Assembly: GCA_964016885.1 (NCBI GenBank)
Contig: OZ024743.1
Location: 325,128,001-325,192,000, forward strand
Direction of reading: 5' to 3'
From: Eledone cirrhosa
Taxonomy: Eukaryota
DNA length: 64,000 nucleotides
In this document: positions 11,801 through 27,200 of the stretch, piece by piece
How the letters are laid out: every line of letters starts with the position of its first letter
Numbering within the stretch: the stretch's first letter is position 1
Made by a program: the position numbers and the translations under genes
The notes under the pieces: generated by a model
What the model saw: the letters and a program-made list of their open reading frames with translations, nothing else
Told to the model about the DNA's origin: nothing
Databases searched by the model: none

Positions 11801-14800
11801 TATACAGTGTGTTGTAGCTACAGACCTCTGTAGAGAGACAACAATATACAGTGTGTTGTAGCTACAGACCTCTGTAGAGAGGCAATAATATACAGTGTGT
11901 TGTAGCTACAGACCTCTGTAGAGAGACAACAACAATATACAGTGTGTTGTAGCTACAGACCTCTGTAGAGAGACAACAACAATATACAGTGTGTTGTAGC
12001 TACAGACCTCTGTAGAGAGACAGCAATATACAGTGTGTTGTAGCTACAGATCTCTGTAGAGACAACAACAATATACAGTGTGTTGTAGCTACAGACCTCT
12101 GTAGAGAGACAACAATACACAGTGTGTTGTAGCTACAGACCTCTGTAGAGAGACAACAACAATATACAGTGTGTTGTAGCTACAGACCTCTGTAGAGAGA
12201 CAACAACAATATACAGTGTGTTGTAGCTACAGACCTCTGTAGAGAGACAACAACAATATACAGTGTGTTGTAGCTACAGACCTGTGTAGAGAGACAACAA
12301 CAATATACAGTGTGTTGTAGCTACAGACATCTGTAGAGAGACAACAACAATATACAGTGTGTTGTAGCTACAGACCTGTGTAGAGAGACAACAACAATAT
12401 ACAGTGTGTTGTAGCTACAGATCTCTGTAGAGAGACAACAACAATATACAGTGGGTTGTAGCTACAGACCTCTGTAGAGACAACAACAATATACAGTGTG
12501 TTGTAGCTACAGACCTCTGTAGAGAGACAACAATATACAGTGTGTTGTAGCTACAGACCTCTGTAGAGAGGCAATAATATACAGTGTGTTGTAGCTACAG
12601 ACCTCTGTAGAGAGACAACAACAATATACAGTGTGTTGTAGCTACAGACCTCTGTAGAGAGACAACAACAATATACAGTGTGTTGTAGCTACAGACCTCT
12701 GTAGAGAGACAATAATATACAGTGTGTTGTAGCTACAGACCTCTGTAGAGAGACAACAACAATATACAGTGTGTTGTAGCTACAGACCTCTGTAGAGAGA
12801 CAACAACAATATACAGTGTGTTGTAGCTACAGACCTGTGTAGAGAGACAACAACAATATACAGTGTGTTGTAGCTACAGACTTCTGTAGAGAGACAACAA
12901 CAATATACAGTGTGTTGTAGCTACAGACATCTGTAGAGAGACAACAACAATATACAGTGTGTTGTAGCTACATACCTGTGTAGAGAGACAACAGCAATAT
13001 ACAGTGTGTTGTAGCTACAGATCTCTGTAGAGACAACAACAATATACAGTGTGTTGTAGCTACAGACCTCTGTAGAGAGACAACAATACACAGTGTGTTG
13101 TAGCTACAGACCTCTGTAGAGAGACAACAACAATATACAGTGTGTTGTAGCTACAGACCTCTGTAGAGAGACAACAACAATATACAGTGTGTTGTAGCTA
13201 CAGACCTCTGTAGAGAGACAACAACAATATACAGTGTGTTGTAGCTACAGACCTGTGTAGAGAGACAACAACAATATACAGTGTGTTGTAGCTACAGACA
13301 TCTGTAGAGAGACAACAACAATATACAGTGTGTTGTAGCTACAGACCTGTGTAGAGAGACAACAACAATATACAGTGTGTTGTAGCTACAGATCTCTGTA
13401 GAGAGACAACAACAATATACAGTGGGTTGTAGCTACAGACCTCTGTAGAGACAACAACAATATACAGTGTGTTGTAGCTACAGACCTCTGTAGAGAGACA
13501 ACAATATACAGTGTGTTGTAGCTACAGACCTCTGTAGAGAGGCAATAATATACAGTGTGTTGTAGCTACAGACCTCTGTAGAGAGACAACAACAATATAC
13601 AGTGTGTTGTAGCTACAGACCTCTGTAGAGAGACAATAATATACAGTGTGTTGTAGCTACAGACCTCTGTAGAGAGACAACAACAATATACAGTGAGTTT
13701 TAGCTACAGACCTCTGTAGAGAGACAACAACAATATACAGTGTGTTGTAGCTACAGACCGCTGTAGAGAGACAACAACAATATACAGTGTGTTGTAGCTA
13801 CAGACCTCTGCATTGAGACAACAATATACAGTGTGTTGTAGCTACAGACCTCTGTAGAGAGACAACAACAATATACAGTGTGTTGTAGCTACAGACCTCT
13901 GTAGAGAGACAATAATATACAGTGTGTTGTAGCTACAGACCTCTGTAGAGAGACAACAACAATATACAGTGTGTTATAGCTACAGACCTGTGTAGAGAGA
14001 CAACAACAATATACAGTGTGTTGTAGCTACAGACATCTGTAGAGAGACAACAACAATATACAGTGTGTTGTAGCTACAGACCTGTGTAGAGAGACAACAA
14101 CAATATACAGTGAGTTTTAGCTACAGACCTCTGTAGAGAGACAACAACAATATACAGTGTGTTGTAGCTACAGACCGCTGTAGAGAGACAACAACAATAT
14201 ACAGTGTGTTGTAGCTACAGACCTCTGCATTGAGACAACAATATACAGTGTGTTGTAGCTACAGACCTCTGTAGAGAGACAACAACAATATACAGTGTGT
14301 TGTAGCTACAGACCTCTGTAGAGAGACAATAATATACAGTGTGTTGTAGCTACAGACCTCTGTAGAGAGACAACAACAATATACAGTGTGTTGTAGCTAC
14401 AGACCTCTGTAGAGAGACAACAACAATATACAGTGTGTTGTAGCTACAGACCTGTGTAGAGAGACAACAACAATATACAGTGTGTTGTAGCTACAGACTT
14501 CTGTAGAGAGACAACAACAATATACAGTGTGTTGTAGCTACAGACATCTGTAGAGAGACAACAACAATATACAGTGTGTTGTAGCTACATACCTGTGTAG
14601 AGAGACAACAGCAATATACAGTGTGTTGTAGCTACAGATCTCTGTAGAGACAACAACAATATACAGTGTGTTGTAGCTACAGACCTCTGTAGAGAGACAA
14701 CAATACACAGTGTGTTGTAGCTACAGACCTCTGTAGAGAGACAACAACAATATACAGTGTGTTGTAGCTACAGACCTCTGTAGAGAGACAACAACAATAT

Positions 14801-17800
14801 ACAGTGTGTTGTAGCTACAGACCTCTGTAGAGAGACAACAACAATATACAGTGTGTTGTAGCTACAGACCTGTGTAGAGAGACAACAATATACAGTGTGT
14901 TGTAGCTACAGACATCTGTAGAGAGACAACAACAATATACAGTGTGTTGTAGCTACAGACCTGTGTAGAGAGACAACAACAATATACAGTGTGTTGTAGC
15001 TACAGATCTCTGTAGAGAGACAACAACAATATACAGTGGGTTGTAGCTACAGACCTCTGTAGAGACAACAACAATATACAGTGTGTTGTAGCTACAGACC
15101 TCTGTAGAGAGACAACAATATACAGTGTGTTGTAGCTACAGACCTCTGTAGAGAGGCAATAATATACAGTGTGTTGTAGCTACAGACCTCTGTAGAGAGA
15201 CAACAACAATATACAGTGTGTTGTAGCTACAGACCTCTGTAGAGAGACAATAATATACAGTGTGTTGTAGCTACAGACCTCTGTAGAGAGACAACAACAA
15301 TATACAGTGAGTTTTAGCTACAGACCTCTGTAGAGAGACAACAACAATATACAGTGTGTTGTAGCTACAGACCGCTGTAGAGAGACAACAACAATATACA
15401 GTGTGTTGTAGCTACAGACCTCTGCATTGAGACAACAACATACAGTGTGTTGTAGCTACAGACCTCTGTAGAGAGACAACAACAATATACAGTGTGTTGT
15501 AGCTACAGACCTCTGTAGAGAGACAATAATATACAGTGTGTTGTAGCTACAGACCTCTGTAGAGAGACAACAACAATATACAGTGTGTTGTAGCTACATA
15601 CCTGTGTAGAGAGACAACAGCAATATACAGTGTGTTGTAGCTACAGATCTCTGTAGAGAGACAACAACAATATACAGTGGGTTGTAGCTACAGACCTCTG
15701 TAGAGACAACAACAATATACAGTGTGTTGTAGCTACAGACCTCTGTAGAGAGACAACAATACACAGTGTGTTGTAGCTACAGACCTCTGTAGAGAGACAA
15801 CAACAATATACAGTGTGTTGTAGCTACAGACCTCTGTAGAGAGACAACAACAATATACAGTGTGTTGTAGCTACAGACCTCTGTAGAGAGACAACAACAA
15901 TATACAGTGTGTTATAGCTACAGACCTGTGTAGAGAGACAACAACAATATACAGTGTGTTGTAGCTACAGACATCTGTAGAGAGACAACAACAATATACA
16001 GTGTGTTGTAGCTACAGACCTGTGTAGAGAGACAACAACAATATACAGTGTGTTGTAGCTACAGATCTCTGTAGAGAGACAACAACAATATACAGTGGGT
16101 TGTAGCTACAGACCTCTGTAGAGACAACAACAATATACAGTGTGTTGTAGCTACAGACCTCTGTAGAGAGACAACAATATACAGTGTGTTGTAGCTACAG
16201 ACCTCTGTAGAGAGGCAATAATATACAGTGTGTTGTAGCTACAGACCTCTGTAGAGAGACAACAACAATATACAGTGTGTTGTAGCTACAGACCTCTGTA
16301 GAGAGACAATAATATACAGTGTGTTGTAGCTACAGACCTCTGTAGAGAGACAACAACAATATACAGTGTGTTGTAGCTACAGACCTCTGTAGAGAGACAA
16401 TAATATACAGTGTGTTGTAGCTACAGACCTCTGTAGAGAGACAACAACAATATACAGTGTGTTGTAGCTACAGACCTCTGTAGAGAGACAACAACAATAT
16501 ACATTGTGTTGTAGCTACAGACCTCTGTAGAGAGACAACAACAATATACAGTGTGTTGTAGCTACAGACCTCTGTAGAGAGACAGCAATATACAGTGTGT
16601 TGTAGCTACAGACCTCTGTAGAGAGACAACAATATACAGTGTGTTGTAGCTACAGACCTGTGTAGAGAGACAACAACAATATACAGTGTGTTGTAGCTAC
16701 AGACCTCTGTAGAGAGACAACAATATACAGTGTGTTGTAGCTACAGACCTGTGTAGAGAGACAACAACAATATACAGTGTGTTGTAGCTACAGACCTCTG
16801 TAGAGAGACAACAACAATATACAGTGAGTTTTAGCTACAGACCTCTGTAGAGAGACAACAACAATATACAGTGTGTTGTAGCTACAGACCGCTGTAGAGA
16901 GACAACAACAATATACAGTGTGTTGTAGCTACAGACCTCTGCATTGAGACAACAATATACAGTGTGTTGTAGCTACAGACCTCTGTAGAGAGACAACAAC
17001 AATATACAGTGTGTTGTAGCTACAGACCTCTGTAGAGAGACAATAATATACAGTGTGTTGTAGCTACAGACCTCTGTAGAGAGACAATAATATACAGTGT
17101 GTTGTAGCTACAGATCTCTGTAGAGACAACAACAATATACAGTGTGTTGTAGCTACAGACCTCTGTAGAGAGGCAATAATATACAGTGTGTTGTAGCTAC
17201 AGACCTCTGTAGAGAGACAACAACAATATACAGTGTGTTGTAGCTACAGACCTCTGTAGAGAGACAATAATATACAGTGTGTTGTAGCTACAGACCTCTG
17301 TAGAGAGACAACAACAATATACAGTGAGTTTTAGCTACAGACCTCTGTAGAGAGACAACAACAATATACAGTGTGTTGTAGCTACAGACCGCTGTAGAGA
17401 GACAACAACAATATACAGTGTGTTGTAGCTACAGACCTCTGCATTGAGACAACAACATACAGTGTGTTGTAGCTACAGACCTCTGTAGAGAGACAACAAC
17501 AATATACAGTGTGTTGTAGCTACAGACCTCTGTAGAGAGACAATAATATACAGTGTGTTGTAGCTACAGACCTCTGTAGAGAGACAACAACAATATACAG
17601 TGTGTTGTAGCTACAGACCTCAGTAGAGAGACAACAACAATATACAGTGTGTTGTAGCTACAGACATCTGTAGAGAGACAACAACAATATACAGTGTGTT
17701 GTAGCTACATACCTGTGTAGAGAGACAACAGCAATATACAGTGTGTTGTAGCTACAGATCTCTGTAGAGAGACAACAACAATATACAGTGGGTTGTAGCT

Positions 17801-18420
17801 ACAGACCTCTGTAGAGACAACAACAATATACAGTGTGTTGTAGCTACAGACCTCTGTAGAGAGACAACAATACACAGTGTGTTGTAGCTACAGACCTCTG
17901 TAGAGAGACAACAACAATATACAGTGTGTTGTAGCTACAGACCTCTGTAGAGAGACAACAACAATATACAGTGTGTTGTAGCTACAGACCTCTGTAGAGA
18001 GACAACAACAATATACAGTGTGTTATAGCTACAGACCTGTGTAGAGAGACAACAACAATATACAGTGTGTTGTAGCTACAGACATCTGTAGAGAGACAAC
18101 AACAATATACAGTGTGTTGTAGCTACAGACCTGTGTAGAGAGACAACAACAATATACAGTGTGTTGTAGCTACAGATCTCTGTAGAGAGACAACAACAAT
18201 ATACAGTGGGTTGTAGCTACAGACCTCTGTAGAAACAACAACAATATACAGTGTGTTGTAGCTACAGACCTCTGTAGAGAGACAACAATATACAGTGTGT
18301 TGTAGCTACAGACCTCTGTAGAGAGGCAATAATATACAGTGTGTTGTAGCTACAGACCTCTGTAGAGAGACAACAACAATATACAGTGTGTTGTAGCTAC
18401 AGACCTCTGTAGAGAGACAA
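5850..18420 (+). repeat. Near-identical block duplication: ~5850-11976 copied at ~12620-18420, with a 324-bp (7-monomer) indel
   Basis: Offset 6,768 for AATAAT 5943/12711 and the 45-bp GATC monomer 6253/13021. Offset 6,444 for TATAGC 7531/13975, CATTGAGACAACAACAT 8981/15425, ACATTG 10057/16501, CCTCAGT 11177/17621 and GGCAAT 11881/18325. Confidence 0.85.
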
Positions 18421-21239
18421 TAATATACAGTGTGTTGTAGCTACAGACCTCTGTAGAGAGACAACAACAATATACAGTGTGTTGTAGCTACAGACCTCTG
18501 TAGAGAGACAATAATATACAGTGTGTTGTAGCTACAGACCTCTGTAGAGAGACAACAACAATATACAGTGTGTTGTAGCTACAGACCTCTGTAGAGAGAC
18601 AACAACAATATACATTGTGTTGTAGCTACAGACCTCTGTAGAGAGACAACAACAATATACAGTGTGTTGTAGCTACAGACCTCTGTAGAGAGACAGCAAT
18701 ATACAGTGTGTTGTAGCTACAGACCTCTGTAGAGAGACAACAATATACAGTGTGTTGTAGCTACAGACCTGTGTAGAGAGACAACAACAATATACAGTGT
18801 GTTGTAGCTACAGACCTCTGTAGAGAGACAACAATATACAGTGTGTTGTAGCTACAGACCTGTGTAGAGAGACAACAACAATATACAGTGTGTTGTAGCT
18901 ACAGACCTCTGTAGAGAGACAACAACAATATACAGTGAGTTTTAGCTACAGACCTCTGTAGAGAGACAACAACAATATACAGTGTGTTGTAGCTACAGAC
19001 CGCTGTAGAGAGACAACAACAATATACAGTGTGTTGTAGCTACAGACCTCTGCATTGAGACAACAATATACAGTGTGTTGTAGCTACAGACCTCTGTAGA
19101 GAGACAACAACAATATACAGTGTGTTGTAGCTACAGACCTCTGTAGAGAGACAATAATATACAGTGTGTTGTAGCTACAGACCTCTGTAGAGAGACAATA
19201 ATATACAGTGTGTTGTAGCTACAGATCTCTGTAGAGACAACAACAATATACAGTGTGTTGTAGCTACAGACCTCTGTAGAGAGACAACAATACACAGTGT
19301 GTTGTAGCTACAGACCTCTGTAGAGAGAGAACAACAATATACAGTGTGTTGTAGCTACAGACCTCTGTAGAGAGACAACAACAATATACAGTGTGTTGTA
19401 GCTACAGACCTCTGTAGAGAGACAACAACAATATACAGTGTGTTGTAGCTACAGACCTGTGTAGAGAGACAACAACAATATACAGTGTGTTGTAGCTACA
19501 GACATCTGTAGAGAGACAACAACAATATACAGTGTGTTGTAGCTACAGACCTGTGTAGAGAGACAACAACAATATACAGTGTGTTGTAGCTACAGATCTC
19601 TGTAGAGAGACAACAACAATATACAGTGGGTTGTAGCTACAGACCTCTGTAGAGACAACAACAATATACAGTGTGTTGTAGCTACAGACCTCTGTAGAGA
19701 GACAACAATATACAGTGTGTTGTAGCTACAGACCTCTGTAGAGAGGCAATAATATACAGTGTGTTGTAGCTACAGACATCTGTAGAGAGACAACAACAAT
19801 ATACAGTGTGTTGTAGCTACAGACCTCTGTAGAGAGACAATAATATACAGTGTGTTGTAGCTACAGACCTCTGTAGAGAGACAACAACAATATACAGTGT
19901 GTTGTAGCTACAGACCTGTGTAGAGAGACAACAACAATATACAGTGTGTTGTAGCTACAGACCTGTGTAGAGAGACAACAACAATATACAGTGTGTTGTA
20001 GCTACAGACCTCTGTAGAGAGACAATAATATACAGTGTGTTGTAGCTACAGACCTCTGTAGAGAGACAACAACAATATACAGTGTGTTGTAGCTACAGAC
20101 CTCTGTAGAGAGACAATAATATACAGTGTGTTGTAGCTACAGACCTCTGTAGAGAGACAACAACAATATACAGTGTGTTGTAGCTACAGACCTCTGTAGA
20201 GAGACAACAACAATATACAGTGTGTTGTAGCTACAGACATCTGTAGAGAGACAACAACAATATACAGTGTGTTGTAGCTACATACCTGTGTAGAGAGACA
20301 ACAGCAATATACAGTGTGTTGTAGCTACAGATCTCTGTAGAGAGACAACAACAATATACAGTGGGTTGTAGCTACAGACCTCTGTAGAGACAACAACAAT
20401 ATACAGTGTGTTGTAGCTACAGACCTCTGTAGAGAGACAACAATACACAGTGTGTTGTAGCTACAGACCTCTGTAGAGAGACAACAACAATATACAGTGT
20501 GTTGTAGCTACAGACCTCTGTAGAGAGACAACAACAATATACAGTGTGTTGTAGCTACAGACCTCTGTAGAGAGACAATAATATACAGTGTGTTGTAGCT
20601 ACAGACCTCTGTAGAGAGACAACAACAATATACAGTGTGTTGTAGCTACAGACCTCTGTAGAGAGACAACAACAATATACAGTGTGTTGTAGCTACAGAC
20701 CTCTGTAGAGAGACAACAACAATATACAGTGTGTTGTAGCTACAGACCTCTGTAGAGAGACAGCAATATACAGTGTGTTGTAGCTACAGACCTCTGTAGA
20801 GAGACAACAATATACAGTGTGTTGTAGCTACAGACCTGTGTAGAGAGACAACAACAATATACAGTGTGTTGTAGCTACAGACCTCTGTAGAGAGACAACA
20901 ATATACAGTGTGTTGTAGCTACAGACCTGTGTAGAGAGACAACAACAATATACAGTGTGTTGTAGCTACAGACCTCTGTAGAGAGACAACAACAATATAC
21001 AGTGAGTTTTAGCTACAGACCTCTGTAGAGAGACAACAACAATATACAGTGTGTTGTAGCTACAGACCGCTGTAGAGAGACAACAACAATATACAGTGTG
21101 TTGTAGCTACAGACCTCTGCATTGAGACAACAATATACAGTGTGTTGTAGCTACAGACCTCTGTAGAGAGACAACAACAATATACAGTGTGTTGTAGCTA
21201 CAGACCTCTGTAGAGAGACAATAATATACAGTGTGTTGT

Positions 21240-24200
21240 AGCTACAGACCTCTGTAGAGAGACAATAATATACAGTGTGTTGTAGCTACAGATCTCTGTA
21301 GAGACAACAACAATATACTGTGTGTTGTAGCTACAGACCTCTGTAGAGAGACAACAATACACAGTGTGTTGTAGCTACAGACCTCTGTAGAGAGACAACA
21401 ACAATATACAGTGTGTTGTAGCTACAGACCTCTGTAGAGAGACAACAACAATATACAGTGTGTTGTAGCTACAGACCTCTGTAGAGAGACAACAACAATA
21501 TACAGTGTGTTGTAGCTACAGACCTGTGTAGAGAGACAACAACAATATACAGTGTGTTGTAGCTACAGACATCTGTAGAGAGACAACAACAATATACAGT
21601 GTGTTGTAGCTACAGACCTGTGTAGAGAGACAACAACAATATACAGTGTGTTGTAGCTACAGATCTCTGTAGAGAGACAACAACAATATACAGTGGGTTG
21701 TAGCTACAGACCTCTGTAGAGACAACAACAATATACAGTGTGTTGTAGCTACAGACCTCTGTAGAGAGACAACAATATACAGTGTGTTGTAGCTACAGAC
21801 CTCTGTAGAGAGACAATAATATACAGTGTGTTGTAGCTACAGACCTCTGTAGAGAGACAACAACAATATACAGTGTGTTGTAGCTACAGACCTGTGTAGA
21901 GAGACAACAACAATATACAGTGTGTTGTAGCAACAGACCTGTGTAGAGAGACAACAACAATATACAGTGTGTTGTAGCTACAGACCTCTGTAGAGAGACA
22001 ATAATATACAGTGTGTTGTAGCTACAGACCTCTGTAGAGAGACAACAACAATATACAGTGTGTTGTAGCTACAGACCTCTGTAGAGAGACAATAATATAC
22101 AGTGTGTTGTAGCTACAGACCTCTGTAGAGAGACAACAACAATATACAGTGTGTTGTAGCTACAGACCTCTGTAGAGAGACAACAACAATATACAGTGTG
22201 TTGTAGCTACAGACATCTGTAGAGAGACAACAACAATATACAGTGTGTTGTAGCTACATACCTGTGTAGAGAGACAACAGCAATATACAGTGTGTTGTAG
22301 CTACAGATCTCTGTAGAGAGACAACAACAATATACAGTGGGTTGTAGCTACAGACCTCTGTAGAGAGACAACAATACACAGTGTGTTGTAGCTACAGACC
22401 TCTGTAGAGAGACAACAATACACAGTGTGTTGTAGCTACAGACCTCTGTAGAGAGACAACAACAATATACAGTGTGTTGTAGCTACAGACCTCTGTAGAG
22501 AGACAACAACAATATACAGTGTGTTATAGCTACAGACCTGTGTAGAGAGACAACAACAATATACAGTGTGTTGTAGCTACAGACATCTGTAGAGAGACAA
22601 CAACAATATACAGTGTGTTGTAGCTACAGACCTGTGTAGAGAGACAACAACAATATACAGTGTGTTGTAGCTACAGATCTCTGTAGAGAGACAACAACAA
22701 TATACAGTGGGTTGTAGCTACAGACCTCTGTAGAGACAACAACAATATACAGTGTGTTGTAGCTACAGACCTCTGTAGAGAGACAACAATATACAGTGTG
22801 TTGTAGCTACAGACCTCTGTAGAGAGGCAATAATATACAGTGTGTTGTAGCTACAGACCTCTGTAGAGAGACAACAACAATATACAGTGTGTTGTAGCTA
22901 CAGACCTCTGTAGAGAGACAATAATATACAGTGTGTTGTAGCTACAGACCTCTGTAGAGAGACAACAACAATATACAGTGTGTTGTAGCTACAGACCTCT
23001 GTAGAGAGACAATAATATACAGTGTGTTGTAGCTACAGACCTCTGTAGAGAGACAACAACAATATACAGTGTGTTGTAGCTACAGACCTCTGTAGAGAGA
23101 CAACAACATTATACAGTGTGTTGTAGCTACAGACCTCTGTAGAGAGACAACAACAATATACAGTGTGTTGTAGCTACAGACCTCTGTAGAGAGACAGCAA
23201 TATACAGTGTGTTGTAGCTACAGACCTCTGTAGAGAGACAACAATATACAGTGTGTTGTAGCTACAGACCTGTGTAGAGAGACAACAACAATATACAGTG
23301 TGTTGTAGCTACAGACCTCTGTAGAGAGACAACAATATACAGTGTGTTGTAGCTACAGACCTGTGTAGAGAGACAACAACAATATACAGTGTGTTGTAGC
23401 TACAGACCTCTGTAGAGAGACAACAACAATATACAGTGAGTTTTAGCTACAGACCTCTGTAGAGAGACAACAACAATATACAGTGTGTTGTAGCTACAGA
23501 CCGCTGTAGAGAGACAACAACAATATACAGTGTGTTGTAGCTACAGACCTCTGCATTGAGACAACAATATACAGTGTGTTGTAGCTACAGACCTCTGTAG
23601 AGAGACAACAACAATATACAGTGTGTTGTAGCTACAGACCTCTGTAGAGAGACAATAATATACAGTGTGTTGTAGCTACAGACCTCTGTAGAGAGACAAT
23701 AATATACAGTGTGTTGTAGCTACAGATCTCTGTAGAGACAACAACAATATACAGTGTGTTGTAGCTACAGACCTCTGTAGAGAGACAACAATACACAGTG
23801 TGTTGTAGCTACAGACCTCTGTAGAGAGACAACAACAATATACAGTGTGTTGTAGCTACAGACCTCTGTAGAGAGACAACAACAATATACAGTGTGTTGT
23901 AGCTACAGACCTCTGTAGAGAGACAACAACAATATACAGTGTGTTGTAGCTACAGACCTGTGTAGAGAGACAACAACAATATACAGTGTGTTGTAGCTAC
24001 AGACATCTGTAGAGAGACAACAACAATATACAGTGTGTTGTAGCTACAGACCTGTGTAGAGAGACAACAACAATATACAGTGTGTTGTAGCTACAGATCT
24101 CTGTAGAGAGACAACAACAATATACAGTGGGTTGTAGCTACAGACCTCTGTAGAGAGACAACAACAATATACAGTGTGTTGTAGCTACAGACCTCTATAG

Positions 24201-27200
24201 AGAGACAACAACAATATACAGTGTGTTGTAGCTACAGATCGCTGTAGAGAGACAACAACAATATACAGTGGGTTGTAGCTACAGACCTCTGTAGAGAGAC
24301 AACAACAATATACAGTGTGTTGTAGCTATAGACCTCTGTAGAGAGACAACAACGATATACAGTGTGTTGTAGCTACAGACCTCTGTAGAGAAACAACAAC
24401 AATATACAGTGTGATGTAGCTACAGACCTCTCTAGAGAGACAACAACAATATACAGTGTGATGTAGCTACAGACCTCTGTAGAGAGACAACAACAATATA
24501 CAGTGTGTTGTAGCTACAGACCTCTGTAGAGAGACAACAACAATATACAGTGGGTTGTAGCTACAGACCTCTGTAGAGAGACAACAACAATACACAGTGT
24601 GTTGTAGCTACAGACTTCTGTAGAGAGACAACAACAATATACAGTGTGTTGTAGCTACAGACCTCTGTAGAGAGACAACAACAACATACAGTGTGTTGTA
24701 GCTACAGACCTGTGTTGAGAGACAACAACAATATACAGTGTGTTGTAGCTACAGACTTCTGTAGAGAGACAACAACAATATACAGTGTGTTGTAGCTACA
24801 GACCTGTGTAGAGAGACAACAACAATATACAGTGTGTTGTAGCTACAGACATCTGTATAGAGACAACAACAATATACAGTGCGTTGTAGCTACAGACCTC
24901 TGTAGAGAGACAACAACAATATACAGTGTGTTGTAGCTACAGACTTCTGTAGAGAGACAACAACAATATACAGTGTGTTGTAGCTACAGACCTGTGTAGA
25001 GGGACAACAACAATATACAGTGTGTTGTAGCTACAGACCTCTGTAGAGAGACAGCAATATACAGTGTGTTGTAGCTACAGACCTCTATAGAGAGACAACA
25101 ACAATATACAGTGTGTTGTAGCTACAGACCTCTGTAGAGAGACAGCAATATACAGTGTGTTGTAGCTACAGACCTCTGTAGAGAGACAACAACAATATAC
25201 AGTGGGTTGTAGCTACAGACCTCTGTAGAGAGACAACAACACTATACAGTTGATGTAGCTACAGAACTCTGTAGAGAGACAACAACAATATACAGTGTGT
25301 TGTAGCTACAGACCTGTGTAGAGAGACAACAACAATATACAGTGTGTTGTAGCTACAGACATCTGTAGAGAGACAACAACAATATACAGTGTGTTGTAGC
25401 TACAGACCTGTGTAGAGAGACAACAACAATATACAGTGTGTTGTAGCTACAGATCTCTGTAGAGAGACAACAACAATATACAGTGGGTTGTAGCTACAGA
25501 CCTCTGTAGAGACAACAACAATATACAGTGTGTTGTAGCTACAGACCTCTGTAGAGAGACAACAATATACAGTGTGTTGTAGCTACAGACGTCTGTAGAG
25601 AGGCAATAATATACAGTGTGTTGTAGCTACAGACCTCTGTAGAGAGACAACAACAATATACAGTGTGTTGTAGCTACAGACCTCTGTAGAGAGACAATAA
25701 TATACAGTGTGTTGTAGCTACAGACCTCTGTAGAGAGACAACAACAATATACAGTGTGTTGTAGCTACAGACCTCTGTAGAGAGACAATAATATACAGTG
25801 TGTTGTAGCTACAGACCTCTGTAGAGAGACAACAACAATATACAGTGTGTTGTAGCTACAGACCTCTGTAGAGAGACAACAACATTATACAGTGTGTTGT
25901 AGCTACAGACCTCTGTAGAGAGACAACAACAATATACAGTGTGTTGTAGCTACAGACCTCTGTAGAGAGACAGCAATATACAGTGTGTTGTAGCTACAGA
26001 CCTCTGTAGAGAGACAACAATATACAGTGTGTTGTAGCTACAGACCTGTGTAGAGAGACAACAACAATATACAGTGTGTTGTAGCTACAGACCTCTGTAG
26101 AGAGACAACAATATACAGTGTGTTGTAGCTACAGACCTGTGTAGAGAGACAACAACAATATACAGTGTGTTGTAGCTACAGACCTCTGTAGAGAGACAAC
26201 AACAATATACAGTGAGTTTTAGCTACAGACCTCTGTAGAGAGACAACAACAATATACAGTGTGTTGTAGCTACAGACCGCTGTAGAGAGACAACAACAAT
26301 ATACAGTGTGTTGTAGCTACAGACCTCTGCATTGAGACAACAATATACAGTGTGTTGTAGCTACAGACCTCTGTAGAGAGACAACAACAATATACAGTGT
26401 GTTGTAGCTACAGACCTCTGTAGAGAGACAATAATATACAGTGTGTTGTAGCTACAGATCTCTGTAGAGACAACAACAATATACAGTGTGTTGTAGCTAC
26501 AGACCTCTGTAGAGAGACAACAATACACAGTGTGTTGTAGCTACAGACCTCTGTAGAGAGACAACAACAATATACAGTGTGTTGTAGCTACAGACCTCTG
26601 TAGAGAGACAACAACAATATACAGTGTGTTGTAGCTACAGACCTCTGTAGAGAGACAACAACAATATACAGTGTGTTGTAGCTACAGACCTGTGTAGAGA
26701 GACAACAACAATATACAGTGTGTTGTAGCTACAGACATCTGTAGAGAGACAACAACAATATACAGTGTGTTGTAGCTACAGACCTGTGTAGAGAGACAAC
26801 AACAATATACAGTGTGTTGTAGCTACAGATCTCTGTAGAGAGACAACAACAATATACAGTGGGTTGTAGCTACAGACCTCTGTAGAGACAACAACAATAT
26901 ACAGTGTGTTGTAGCTACAGACCTCTGTAGAGAGACAACAATATACAGTGTGTTGTAGCTACAGACCTCTGTAGAGAGACAATAATATACAGTGTGTTGT
27001 AGCTACAGACCTCTGTAGAGAGACAACAACAATATACAGTGTGTTGTAGCTACAGACCTGTGTAGAGAGACAACAACAATATACAGTGTGTTGTAGCAAC
27101 AGACCTGTGTAGAGAGACAACAACAATATACAGTGTGTTGTAGCTACAGACCTCTGTAGAGAGACAATAATATACAGTGTGTTGTAGCTACAGACCTCTG

